From: Paraphysomonas bandaiensis
Taxonomy: Eukaryota > Protista > Chrysophyceae
Length of the DNA stretch: 64,000 nt
Direction of reading: 5' to 3'
Assembly: GCA_965644295.1 (NCBI GenBank)
Contig: CBFFRP010000354.1
Coordinates: 1 to 64,000 of the forward strand
A program made the translations under genes and the position numbers. Shown here one piece after another: positions 36,105 through 48,770 of this stretch. The notes beneath the pieces were generated by a model. The model made no database searches. It was not told the origin of the DNA and was given only the letters and a program-made list of their open reading frames with translations. How positions within the stretch are numbered: position 1 is the stretch's first letter; each line of letters begins with the position of its first letter.

Positions 36105-36461
36105 ATGTCTACACCAGAGGAGACACATATTCCACCTGAGAAACCAGTAATGAAAGTATCATGGCAAACAATGAAAGAGAATCATGTTCCACTTCATCTT
36201 CGAGATTTTTGTGCTCATGATCTTATCCCATTAAACGAGTATATATATCATGTAATAGATAATTATTATGTAATATAATTTGTTTTTAGATGCCGGAGAA
36301 GAGAAGGGCCTTGGCCGTGGACTTGTCATCACGAAAAACATGCTTATGAAGTATGTCAGTACGAGCAATATATGTACAGGAAAGCACTGAAGGATTATTT
36401 AGTCAAATCTGGCCAGTGGAACAATGGCCGCTTTCCTGATCCGGCACCTGTATCAAAGTGA
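36105..36461 (+). CDS. NDUFB7: NADH:ubiquinone oxidoreductase subunit B18 (~101 aa, 2 exons; not in the ORF track)
   Basis: Spliced product contains VPLHLRDFCAHDLIPLNECRR...PWTCHHEKHAYEVCQY (twin CX9C). Intron at 36239-36289. Confidence 0.92.
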
Positions 36462-37093
36462 TGTAGTGATAGCGGAAGTGCTAACTGTCGTTTGAAGCTC
36501 GCTGTCTATCTCGATACATATATCCCCGTCGTAAATAGTGATAATAAGGAATCTGTTTTACAGTTATACTTCTATTTCATTTCTAGTCGTGTGTAGGAGT
36601 ATCACGCTCATGTTGCGTACTATTCAAAGTTTACACAGTATTGTAGAAGTTGAGTTAAGAACTTCATGGAGCAGGGCTACTAGGGAGCAATATCGTCTTT
36701 TGCAATGTATTAAACCAGAGCTAGAAGCCTTAATGTGTATTTTTCTCGATAACTACCATTGTCAATAAGCGAACTGAGAAATAATCGTAACATTTCTGTT
36801 TTCATCGAATTCCTGGTCTCAGTTTTTCTCTAGCGAACATGAACTATGAACTACTATCTATATCTCTATTCCATTTAGTATACACTACAATTCTTTCAAT
36901 TCGTGTATTACACGGTCGAATACGAAATTACTACCAATGAAATAGAAGAGTTGTAATATCCATTGTAAAATGCTTAGCTTAAAACTTCACATAACGCCAG
37001 TACTACATCGCTGGAAGCCAGAACGGCGTAAAAGGAACACCTGCAATCTCACAAAATGATTCAATGCGAAGCTTGCCAATAGAACCCTCGCTA

Positions 37094-38320
37094 TTACGAT
37101 TGCGTCTCCGTGGCATGTTGCTTGTCTCTCTCTTCGCGGGAGTACCTTGGAGCCGGGGACCTGCTTCTACTTCTGCTGCGGCGGCGGTCTCTGTCCCTGT
37201 CCCTCCTGTCATCCCTGTCCCTGTCTCTGTCTCTGCGGTCCCTGTCATCGCGACGACTGTCGCGTCCGTCTCTTCTGTCGTCATATCTGTCACCCCGTCT
37301 GTAAACATATAATGTAATCATTAATTATTGAACGAGGTACAAAGACAATACGAGGTAGCACCTGTCGTCACCTCTATCGCGGTACCTATCACGTCCCGCG
37401 TCCCTGTCCCTCCCACCATATCCTCCTCGGTCTCCAGGAGGTGGTCCATACCTGTCTCTTCCTCCTCCTCCACCACCACCACCACTTCTCAGACCCGCCA
37501 TGCTGCCTGTTCCCTTCATCTTGCCGCCCTTAAACCCGTACTCATGTTCGAGGTGCTTTCTGAGATCACGGGAAGGCTCACGGACGTGCATGAAGTTGCA
37601 GTACCCGCCACGACTGCAGGTACCCTCATCGAACTGGCGACATCGCGCTTCGCGAAAGTCAGTGACAGGGGAGTACTCGCAGGCAAGAGGGCGGCCGGCA
37701 TAGTAACGACCGAACAAACTGCTGAGGGCTTTTTCCGCGTCCTCCTCGTCACCGAATTTGACATAGACATTGCCCACCATATGGTCACCAAGGTTCTCAC
37801 AAACTTGCACATCTTCAACCGTGCCAAAGGTCTTCAACTCATCAAAAATTTCCTCATAGAAATCGTCGAACTAGTAAAATACTGTGTCACCAACACGACA
37901 TAAAAATACGATATTTTATACCTCTTCTTGAATCTTGTTTTCATCAAGTTGAGAAGGGTCGCCTCCCATCATGGCTATCGTGGAGAAAGGATTCTTTTCA
38001 AATATTAGAGCAATTACTGTGGGATAATGCATTATTATATTACCTGCCACATGTGCTGGATGATAATCGTCTGGCTGAATGGGGGTCTGTGGTGCTGTCG
38101 AGAGCACCGATCGCCGTGTCGACATGCACCAATTTTAAAGTAAAACGGGCAATTTACCTAAAATAATTAATTAAGAATATAATTAATGGTATACAGAGAT
38201 ATGTAATCGGGGGAATAGTATTAATAATTGCTATGAACAGTACAGTACCTTATCCTCTTCTGTGCCATGAATACGAGCTAAGTGCTCTGCTCCACCTCGT
38301 GGACCTGCATCACGATACAT
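37094..38320 (-). CDS. U2AF1: Splicing factor U2AF small subunit (U2AF35), multi-exon
   Basis: [15 protein letters not shown]|[23 protein letters not shown] segment [38 protein letters not shown] and an RD/RS-rich tail. Confidence 0.96.
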
Positions 38321-38853
38321 GACTATCACTCAACTTAATTATAAGTTTAATGTATCCTAAATATACTTTGCAGTGTACAAGTTTCGAGTGTATGGATATA
38401 AATATAATGATGAATATGTAATGCATGCAATATATGTACGTATATATGTATATATACAGCAGTAGTATGTACTGCTCTATGTATAGAGTAGTATGCATAC
38501 CGCTTGTAGTGTATGTAGAGAGAGATGTAGAGTATGGAATCCGTGTAGAAAAAAAAATATGGATGATACCGTCTGGATATACTGCACAGCAGTACAGCAG
38601 TACAGCTGGCCTCTGCACTGTGCCATACTGATATACAGGTACAGGTCGTGAGGTATCCTTCCCTCCAGCAGTACGTTGTATGGGATTGTATTCAGCTGTA
38701 TACTTTATGTCCCTAACGGTTTCCTGTCAGCTTGTATATGTATATATGAGAGCTGTCCTTAAACTTAAGTTGAAACATTATTACATACATATGATGTATT
38801 ATTACTCATAATATGATATTCTAAGTTTCTTATTGAACTAACTATTTATTAGT

Positions 38854-41099
38854 ATGATGACTGACCAAAACAAATTGATTGAATTATTCACATTATGCAC
38901 TATAGGAACTAACAGTGTTGTGTATTTTCCAGAAGTAGCTAAATATTTTTGGCCTGTATTAGACAATAGAGTTACATTATGTGATCTATCTGGAATATTT
39001 ACTATAGCCAATCCCAAAGGATTAGATCATCTTGATATCTCATTATTCAAAGAATTTGTTGATAGTTTTTCAAGAGTAAAATATCCGGATGATGATAATC
39101 ACTTAGAGAAACTTGTGGATGATCTCATAGATGCACGAACATTAAACTACGAATGTAACAACTCTACTTTTAGACTGGCTATGAATAAAGTTGTCATGAG
39201 AGTTTTGTTGAAATTCGACTTACCTCTCAGAAGAGTATTCGCCGCATTTGCTGGAAGAGGTGGCGGAATAACATGGGAAGAGGTCAAAACGATGAGCGTT
39301 GGCATGGATGTACGTATAATACTTGCAGATGTCCTATATAGTTGACTAAGTATATAAATTTATACAGATTGAGGGATTTAATTCTTTTGCAGCTGCATTT
39401 TCTCTTGTCCCGTCGTCTTTGAGTGTGCAGGTAAAGAATTTAATGTCCTATAAACATATTAAATACGCATTTCGTGTTAGCGATGTACGACACTTGCCCG
39501 TGAAGTTTTGGATCGTTTCCCCCTCCTCAAACCTGCCAAAAATTCTACCCTTTTGTATCCCCAGGTGCAAGTATCTTTTTCTGTTGCGAGTGGCTTCGTA
39601 ATATATTCTTGTATACTAGTTTCAGTTACTGTTGTGCTTTACAGCCGAAGAATTTGCTGAGGCCAATTCTACATCCACATTACCTGTGCCTAATACTAAT
39701 GGAAAGCCAGGAGTTGCATTCGGTCGCGGATTGTCGAGACAAATCTCCAATATCCAGGAGAGGGTTCCAACACCACTAAACAAAAGCCTGGCGGATATGC
39801 TCAAGACAATCGGTATTGATATGGCGGCGTCAACACTTGCAGTGGCAGACAGTAGCGCATCTACATTGCGTCCCGCTGCTTCCGCTCCCACACGCGAGAT
39901 GAAGAAGGGGACATCTTTCCTTGAGGATTCTGGTTCTACGGTTCATACCCCATTCAAGAAACCTGGTGATTTGAATCCCACTCAGTCAAATAGTAATAGG
40001 GAGTCGATGGTATTGCGCATGGAGAAGTTATTTGACGAGGTGGATGCACGTCTGGAGGGCATGGCTAATACCGATTTTGACGATGAATTAGAGTTTGAAT
40101 CATTCCCTGGTGATGGGGAAGAGTTGGTGGAAAGGCGATCGAAGCGTATGAGCAAGCCTGTGGTGATCGGTGACTCTATTCCCCCGCCTCTTAATTGCCC
40201 TGCACAAGTGCAGCATGTACGTACCGCTGCGTTTATTTATTAATTAGTTCCTTATATTGGCATGTATTCAGTCTTTAGAGGCAGCGTTGGCTCATCATAA
40301 CCTGGGTAGCTACGAAAAATCTCTGAAGTATTTAGAAACCGCAGAAATACATCTTGTTGAAGAGGAGCGACAGAAATTGGTAACCAGGAAAAGGCAGGAG
40401 CACCGAAATTTGGCTAGCATTTCCGGTAATAGGCCTGCTGAAGGAGATATTCCGGTGGTAACAGGATTTTCAACAATGGTATGCGACCCTGAGGTCAATG
40501 AGAACGATGTTGTTTTACCTGCCGAGTCAAAGTTCTATATAATGGCTTGTAAGGGTAATGTGTACCAAAGTTGCGGCGATGACGAGCAGTCTCTCCTGCA
40601 GTACATGAATGGGTGGGAGATCGCGAATACTGAATTCCATGGAGACTGGGAAATATTATTCGTGAACTCAATAGGACTTTTAGCGTATTATAATTTACAA
40701 TATGAGTTAGCTCTCAAGTGTTTTACAAAGGTTGGAAGATTCCGAGAGATCGAGTTCGGTGCTCGGAGTGCTGACACAGCAACATCGTGGAATAATCAGG
40801 CATGTTGCTTGTATTGTCTCGGTCGTAAAGGGGCAGCGAGAGTATTGTTTGAGCGTGCTCGAAACGTGTTCGTAGAGTGTCTTGGGAATCGGCATCCGAG
40901 ATCAGTAGTCGCCTCAAGAAATTGTGAAAAGGCTAAAAAATGTCAAAATACTGTAAGTAGTCAAAGTATGAAGATGGGGCTTCCGATTCGTGGGGATGCT
41001 AATAGATTAGTAATGGGAAATGATATCGGTATACAAGGTCTACCACCAATTAATCCTGGTGATAAACTTGGATGGTCAAAAAATAGAGATTCTAAATAG
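38854..41099 (+). CDS. TPR-repeat protein (kinesin-light-chain-type TPRs), multi-exon
   Basis: Consecutive ORFs linked by short GT-AG introns. TPR motifs ALAHHNLGSYEKSL, NSIGLLAYY and DTATSWNNQACCLYCLG...LGNRHPRS. Confidence 0.75.
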
Positions 41100-41783
41100 A
41101 AGTAGTAGCAGAGTATTGGTGTACTAATTTTATATATAACAACATATGCATACTTACTTACTCTAGCGCAACCCTCAGATTGTGTTTCTATTTTCACTCC
41201 AGACTATAAGTGCCTTACGCATAAACAACTAGTAAAAACAGTATCATAGTATATCTCTACTTAGGTTTGATATGGATGTAGGACAGCTTAATGATAATGC
41301 TAAAAATGGAATCTACGGATGTGTTTACTTACTGCTTAGTCATACTAATATATTGTAATTGTATTGTTGGGCCTGTTTAAAATCTACATCAATAGTATTG
41401 ATGGAGCGCTATCTAACAACCACAATATTTCAATATATTGTTTCCTAGCCCTGTAGGACAGTGTTATTAACTTGTTTATCTGAGTTTTTTGCGATAAGAA
41501 TACTTATTCCACTATATCTGTATATGGTATTGCGGACAACACTTACACAACTCCTTGAAAAAGTATACACCCCTAGTCCCTAGTAGCAGTATACCTGCTG
41601 AGCATGGGAGTTTGAAATTTAAACTTAATCACAAATAAACGCTATTGCTACTATTATACAATAAGTTAGCGCTACGAGAACTAAAAGGTGCAACAATTTG
41701 CTATCGATCGCAGAATGTGGATATCATTACCAATTTCAGTGGACACATCAGAATTGAGTCCTAATGAGGTGAACTCTTCCCGC

Positions 41784-42273
41784 CCTCAACTAAAAGTCGG
41801 ACTCACACCTTTTCGTGGTGTTCTGGGGGATAAGTACCGGAGAGACTCTCTCTGGGAAACTAACGTGAGCCGCAAACATTTAGTCAGCAGATATTCTTCT
41901 ACCCACTCATAGCCGAATGCTTGTGTGGTACAAGGGACACCAATAAGTGTCACTTGTGTAGACGTATTTGGGCCCTGACGAATAAACAGGCATCGGGGAA
42001 TGGGCCCACCTGAAGGATAACCGGGGTATTGCGCTGCCTGCTGAAGTCAAGCATCCGGGATGTTCACGTTAAGAACTCAGAGCGGAGGTGGTCGCACCTT
42101 GGTGCTTGCGGCGACGCACAAGCAGCTTCCGTAGCGTTAAATAGTAGGATAAAAAATGTGTGTACTGATTAGTTACAGGTAGAGGTCTAACTAGTTTGTC
42201 TAGCATTTATCTAGCTACTAAGTTGGTGCAGGTTTATAACGCCTATATATTGCTAATAATAAGACTTTCAATA
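41784..42273 (+). mobile_element. Family A full-length copy
   Basis: Colinear and near-identical with 4679-5185, with the same 5' and 3' ends. Confidence 0.88.
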
Positions 42274-42317
42274 TAATAATATTCTTCATGTAGTTACTTA
42301 TATTGTGCATAGTTATA

Positions 42318-42368
42318 TTTAAAGCCTTATTATTTAGCAATAGGCGTTAAAAACCTGCACCAATGTAG
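42318..42368 (-). mobile_element. Family A 51-bp 3'-end fragment with 14-bp TSD
   Basis: TTATTATTTAGCAATAGGCGTTAAAAACCTGCAC flanked by TGTGCATAGTTATA at 42304-42317 and 42369-42382. Confidence 0.8.
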
Positions 42369-43257
42369 TGTGCATAGTTATACCCTTTTCCAGTTGGATC
42401 ACTTGCAATCTCAGTTGAGGCTATTCTCATGATTCTGATGAGAATAGAATCTTGTCAAGATATGACACAATTGGATGATTACTAAGATAACTGGACGTGT
42501 ATTCACTCATTAGTCAAGTTAAGATGAGAGAAGATTATAATAAATATAATAAGCAATATATCACGCTATCTCTACTACCACTCATTTCTAGTACGATCTT
42601 ACATCGTCATGATATCACTTCTCATAATACAGTTAACCACTACTGTATTCTCCAGTAACCGTCATAATTCCAATATCTTAGAATTACAGCTTTTAATTGC
42701 TCAAACAGCAAAACTCAACAAATCTTACGAAAGACGACTATCAGTGAGAAGCTAAGTGATGTTGATTATAATTTAATAATTGAGTATCCATTGACTACAT
42801 CCTGCGCCAATTACTTGACAATTAATTGTTACACCCCTTTGCCAGTTACACCATTCTATAGCAGTTGTACTCTGCCCTCGAATATTATTAAGAACTAGTT
42901 GGCAACAGCGTCTTCTATCATAAAATAATACAGAAATTCCGCATATATTTACTCTTTTAATAAAAAATAACTGGGTGTGCTCAGTATTCTATTCAATTGC
43001 TGTCAGAAAACGCATTAATTGAATACACATGTTAACGCTTTAATTTTAACATCATATTGGTAATGTAAAAAGATACATTCAACAACACGAAAAAGACAAA
43101 CTTTGTGAGGAATAGTCACACTACATCACACTACTTTCGGTCACAAATATACCACCTGTCACACTAGAGTAAAGCTAAATGAAATAAAAATACTTCAATC
43201 AGTAAGTAAACACACAAATATTCCATAGGTGCCATACGTGCCGGGACAACAAATAAT

Positions 43258-46200
43258 CTAACTTGAAATTTTATCGATATAATTCGACGTCTCGATATAC
43301 TTGAGATGCAAGCTAAGGTAGCCCGTGGCAACTCCAGTAATTTCGAGCGCTTTTGTCACCATTAGCTCTTGTTTCTCAAATTCAATGACCTCAGATAGAG
43401 ATATGACAACACCTCCAAGAATAGTACTGCCGCCAAAGTTGTTCTTAGATTTAACTTTCACTCTGAGATTATCAACGCGTTGTTCATACGCATTCTCTAC
43501 CAATACAAACGTAACACTTTCTTCATACACCGGGTTTCGAGTTCCTCGAACCACTTTCGTGATTCTCTTGATAGGACCAATTGTAAAAGTTAAATATGGT
43601 CGCATTGACGTCGTCCCAATTGGTAGCTTTAGTTCTTCGCAGGAAATGCGAGAAATTATAAGAATTCCATATACTTTACGTGTACTTGGACCTTGTACAC
43701 AGCAAGACATCACATCAGAACTATTACTATCTTCTCCGTCAACATGATAGCTGCTGAAATCGTACGACTGTTTCAATATAGAATAATTGGATTTGTAATC
43801 CACAACAGGTATAAGAGATTCACTGGTAATAATGTCTTCATTCAGAATGCTCAGTGGGAGGCTGAAGAGGATGTCCTCAACAGTGCGGCTATCGATATGA
43901 ACATTCTGAAGTCTAAAGTATGTCACGGCTACTCGAATGGAACCAGACTTCACTTTTGCTAGTTTCAGATCAAATTCTTTCGTAACACCATGCTTCATAT
44001 ATCCCAAATCAAGGTCAGCACGTCCAAGAAAATCAGGGGCAGATCCAACATCGTAATCGAAAACCGTAAGCTCGATATGTTGGCAGGCGGGGTCATAAAC
44101 TGGAAAATCAAAGTATTCATTGCTCCAAACGGGGTTAAGATTTTTGTATATGACTTCTGTGCGCACGACCTCATCAAGGTAGCTGATCTCAACAAAAGGG
44201 TCTGAAGTGGTCAGGTCACCGATCTCAAGATCACTGCAGCTGAGGATTTGTATCGTCAATACGCCATGTGGAGTCTCCACAAGCATTCCACCCTCCGAAA
44301 CTCCCTTAATTAATGGGATTTGCATCCACTTGGGATATAGCATCCGCGTTGCCAAAGTCTGTTTAATAACCTAAAAAAGCAAAATTAAACCCAAAATATC
44401 TAATATATATTGACAACCTGGGCAATCGCAGGGCCAAACCCTACTTCTTTTGAATTATCTTTTTTCAAATCAAGGTCGCCAAATGTAACAGATACATCAA
44501 CGTCTGGTTTTTTCATGAAGGTTGCCTTGGCAACTTTATATGGCATGGGACTGTCTAGATCATCTGATGAAACGACTTCCACCCGCACTGTTCCAGAGAA
44601 ACGGAGATTGTATATATCAATACTGAGTGTCTGACCTAATAGTTCGACATCACAAGTGATAAGTCCATCAGATATCCAATTGAACTCCAAGTTCAATTGA
44701 ACCTGTATATAGCGCAATAAGCAGCACATACTTGCACCAAAAAGAAACATACATTAGAGTTCCCTGGAATGGGGTCTAGTACCTCCATGGTTGAGAATAT
44801 GGGGGGGCGTGTGCCAACTGAAGCGCTCTTCATAACCATGCTGGACAGGAAGCTTGGCTTTTTTCGACTGAATATGTCATTTGCCTTCGCAATTAGTTTA
44901 GGTTCGGCGATGTCTCCTATCTTCTTCCAGGCTTGCGCCATGAGTTTGTTTATCCATTGACATTGACTCTTCCCTGAGTCTTGAGCCCAAACAGGAAGAT
45001 CTTTAACCACTCGGTGGACTAGGGCTGGATCAGATACGATTCCCATTACTACATCCCAGTCCCTCCGGTTTTTCATGTGATACACGTAGGCACAGATTGC
45101 AGTTGTGATGGGAAAGGATACATAAAAAAGCGGCATCGAAATATGCATGAATATGCACGGCACAAGCGACATCCCAAAAAAAAATAAGGGGGTCATTGCC
45201 CAGCCGCAGTTACTGTATAGAGCAGATATTTTGGCTGCTGCGATCTTTTCACCGCCGTCAGTGTCATCATTCGAGGAGTGTACAAAAGAAATTTCTTGAA
45301 CCGGCTTCGATACGTGCTCTGTATAGAGCTTTCGTCGAGTCCTGGCCTGCTCATTATTCTGCCAATATACACTTAGTGGATATAAAATTTCAACAACATA
45401 CACATACAACTTCCTGTCTTTTCTGATCAACCTTAACTTTTACCCAATGAGGTATGTCAGGTAAAATCGCACCGATTATTCCCCGCGCTACAAGCAATAT
45501 ATGCTCCATAACAACTGCGCAGAGTACGAGCGACACGAATTCACCACACATGGACGAGATACCACCCGGTACATAGCGATGTCCATGCCTTGATGCCAGG
45601 AATGCAATAAAGCAATTGACAAATATACCAACAATATTGATTCCCTAACCACATATACTTATAAAGTGAAGAGCTCTGCATGATGTACGCACCTCCATGA
45701 CACTCATCCAGGGCTCCATAATATTGCCGACCCAGGCACTCTCGTCCAGTACTGGGCGTCGACACCTCACCAGTCGGTGCAGGTCTCCACCAATCTCCCT
45801 ACTGCATTGCAATGTTGCCAGCAATGGGGCGAGCGGATATACACCAGAAAAACAAACAACTGTTGAGTACAGCAGAATTTTCGAGATGTGACTAGCGCCA
45901 ACGTCATACACCTACAAAAGAGCAATCTAACGACAATAACCTCAGCAAAAAGGCGGTCTCACCGGAGCCTTCCCTTCTTGGTAGAGAAAACTTTCATAAC
46001 TATTAGTATCCGTACAAAATGACTGTTGACTTAGGCTATCATCATCCCCGCAATTGAGCGGCATCCTCGAATACCCTATGGGAGCACGTTCTCGGGATTC
46101 TGGAGAGGACATACTGGAGCCATTACGATCTCCGTTCCAGAAGGCAGAGAATTCATCATCGCTATCGTCGTCAAGGTCATCACCATCTTTGCGTCGCTTC

Positions 46201-47864
46201 CTCCAGGCAGCTCTCCGAAACATTGCCGGCCGTTGCCCAGTGGTTGGTTTCGCAGTTTGTGTAGGGGGCAACTTCCGCTTTTTCGATTGCTTTGTGTCCG
46301 AAGCCTTTCCAATGATCGACTTCAGAATACTCTTCGCACCTTTGAGAGCATAGCTGCGAGGACTGTACACGTCAGGTCTCTCCACTGTGATAGTCATACT
46401 ATGTCTCCGATTTCGGTGGTTGTGTGGTGCAGAGGGGGAACCTATATACGACACAGCGGAATGGTAGACTTCCACGAAAGCGCTCTGAATCCCCTCAGAT
46501 GCAGTGAAAAGAGAATCATCACTGACAGGCAGGCGGTCACGTAGCTGCCAAAAAAAATCAAATATGCACAGAACGGAGTCGATACGAAAGTACATTTTTC
46601 TATCGTACCTCATCTGCAACGAACATACATGACAACACTACACCGACGCTCTCAAAGTCTCGTATCCAGAGGGTGAGGTACAACAGTCCGGCAAATCGGT
46701 TTACCAGTTGAACTATGCAACTAATACATACAAGCCTATCGTACCGCTGGCTAGATGTTTGCACCGGTTCCATATCTGCTATGCACTCACACACGCGAGT
46801 AAGTCGCGGCTCCATTGCAGGAACTAGGAGACTAGAACGGAGTAACACATGAGCGCCAATGAAATCTGTATGCAAAACGCACCTATAAAGCACAAGTGGA
46901 GCTTTGCTGATGTAAAGAACAGTCCCAATCCACCGCACGACATATTTCTTCATCAATAGTGACATCAATATAATACATACTTAGCTCCTACCTGTAAACC
47001 CAAGCACATGGATACCGCATACACTGAAGACACCAAAGAGGTCACGCACACAACCACCACCAATAAACTTCCTGGTATAGCATTCTTAATCGCCTGAAAC
47101 TTAGAAGCAGGCTGCTCCCACGTCGCTGCCGCTGTAGCGTGTGAACTAACAGACTCCCAAGAAAAAACAGTGGTGGCCATATGTTGTCTCCAGTTCTTGA
47201 TAAAAGCAATACTCCAGCCACTCATTAGGAGACAGGCGGCAGGTACAAATAGAGAGTCTGCAGAAAAGAAAAATAACTGATAGAGAAACAGAATGAGACC
47301 TAGCCAGCAAGGGACATTTAAAGAAAAAGAGAAAAATTTCAGCCACGTGAAGTAGACCGCTATAGATGGGCCGAAGTATGAGCTTATCTTTGCGTCAGAA
47401 CTTGAGATGGCCACTTCAGCCAGGTCGCTGCGTCTATGAAGCAGGAAACATTCTGTGTACTCGAATCCGGCCCTCGTGATAAGATCCATTGCTTGACATG
47501 CAAGAAAAGTACGTTGAGGTGTACTATATTTATCATATGTGACAATAGGAAGGGCACATTGCACTGCGAGTTTCACAATCAACTCCGATGACAGTCCAAC
47601 GCTTACAAAGCAATGATCACTGTCTTCATCAGAAACACATGACCCAATCAAAAAACCTCTTTCAACTAAACGAGTTGTTACATTACTAACATCTTTTAAC
47701 ATAATTCCACATATGGCAATTTCAGGACGTAATGTATGATCTTCACGACAGTCGGGTGGACGTTTCGCAAATGCAGTATCTCGTTTGGGTTGTTTTGAAG
47801 TATTGTAAATACTCATTATAATACAAGTCACTATACCAGAGGCTAAGAATAGTGGTAATGGCAT
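43258..47864 (-). CDS. Predicted anoctamin/TMEM16 - SMP - C2 - C2 fusion protein (~1400 aa)
   Basis: Exons 47864-46992, 46947-46609 (probable internal 51-bp intron 46832-46882), 46544-45963, 45911-45693, 45644-45408, 45358-44753, 44702-44418 and 44370-43258; all junctions GT-AG and in frame. Anoctamin motifs: YFGPSIAVYFTWL, YPLAPLLA..EI..D..L..RRP, EH..LPDIPHWV. SMP motifs: LPVWAQ..QWINK..W, LRFSGTVRV, FMKKP. C2 motifs: SDPFV, NLNPVW, VFDYD. Confidence 0.78.
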
Positions 47865-48509
47865 GATAATATAGTAATATAGTTGGTAACTTATATGATC
47901 ATCAATGTGATAGTCTTTGATTATATATCATGACAAAGAGACTCATATGGTCTCTCTGTGATTCATATCATATCATGTATTGATATTAATAATACTATAG
48001 AATGAAATTTAGATGTGTTTTAATATGTAATTGATATTGAAATGAATGATATTAGTGTGTAGTTGGTTAAGGTAAGTGCCTTGTACTGCTGTGTTGTGCT
48101 GTGTGTGGATATGTTGGTATGATGGTATGTACTTGTTGACTACTGGTTATATAAAATCATAATGTATAAGTACGATTTGACAATGTAGGTATAGAGGGAT
48201 GTGAATATCCATAGGTACGGTTTGTACTACAATACTTGTTCAGCAGTGGAGTACACATCACATCTAGATATCAGAAATCATATGCATATACACAAAGCTC
48301 TGTGTAGGTATCCACATATCCATATATCCCTGTATTCCTTGTATTCTACAACAGTATTCCCACTACGTATTCTTCATCAGTTGTACAGAACCAAAAGCGG
48401 TATATTTCCTATAGAAATTCCTACTACCAAATCCCTGTGTGTGTATATTCCATCCATATGTATGTGTCCTATCATACCATCCTACAGCAATACCACACAT
48501 ACCATACTG

Positions 48510-48765
48510 TACATACATACATACATACATACATACATACACATACATACATACATACATACACATACATGTATCTCTAGCCAGTCTCTTGGAAATTCAT
48601 ATACCATATTCTCGTATGTACCATATAGTGATTGTATGCTATTGATTCATTTATTCATCTATTACCACTATATATACAACTGTATGTATACACTCCATCT
48701 CTTCTAAACACTCATCACTCTCTCATCACACTCTCATTACATACATACACATACATACATACATC
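48510..48765. repeat. (ACAT)n microsatellite tracts
   Basis: Runs at ~48510-48570 and ~48737-48765. Confidence 0.85.
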
Positions 48766-48770
48766 ATACT

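Noticed and set aside
37328-37903. Antisense ORFs over U2AF35, and similar shadow ORFs over other genes
   Set aside because: They lie opposite well-supported genes and have no motifs of their own.
43258-45196. Stand-alone synaptotagmin-like gene separate from the anoctamin
   Set aside because: Disfavoured but not excluded. It would leave under 200 bp of coding-like sequence for terminator plus promoter, whereas a canonical in-frame intron joins the two.
48201-48707. 168-aa ORF in the ANO/TLDc spacer (likewise 30005-30385 and 38310-38631)
   Set aside because: Low-complexity translations of TACA/ATGT-rich divergent spacer DNA.
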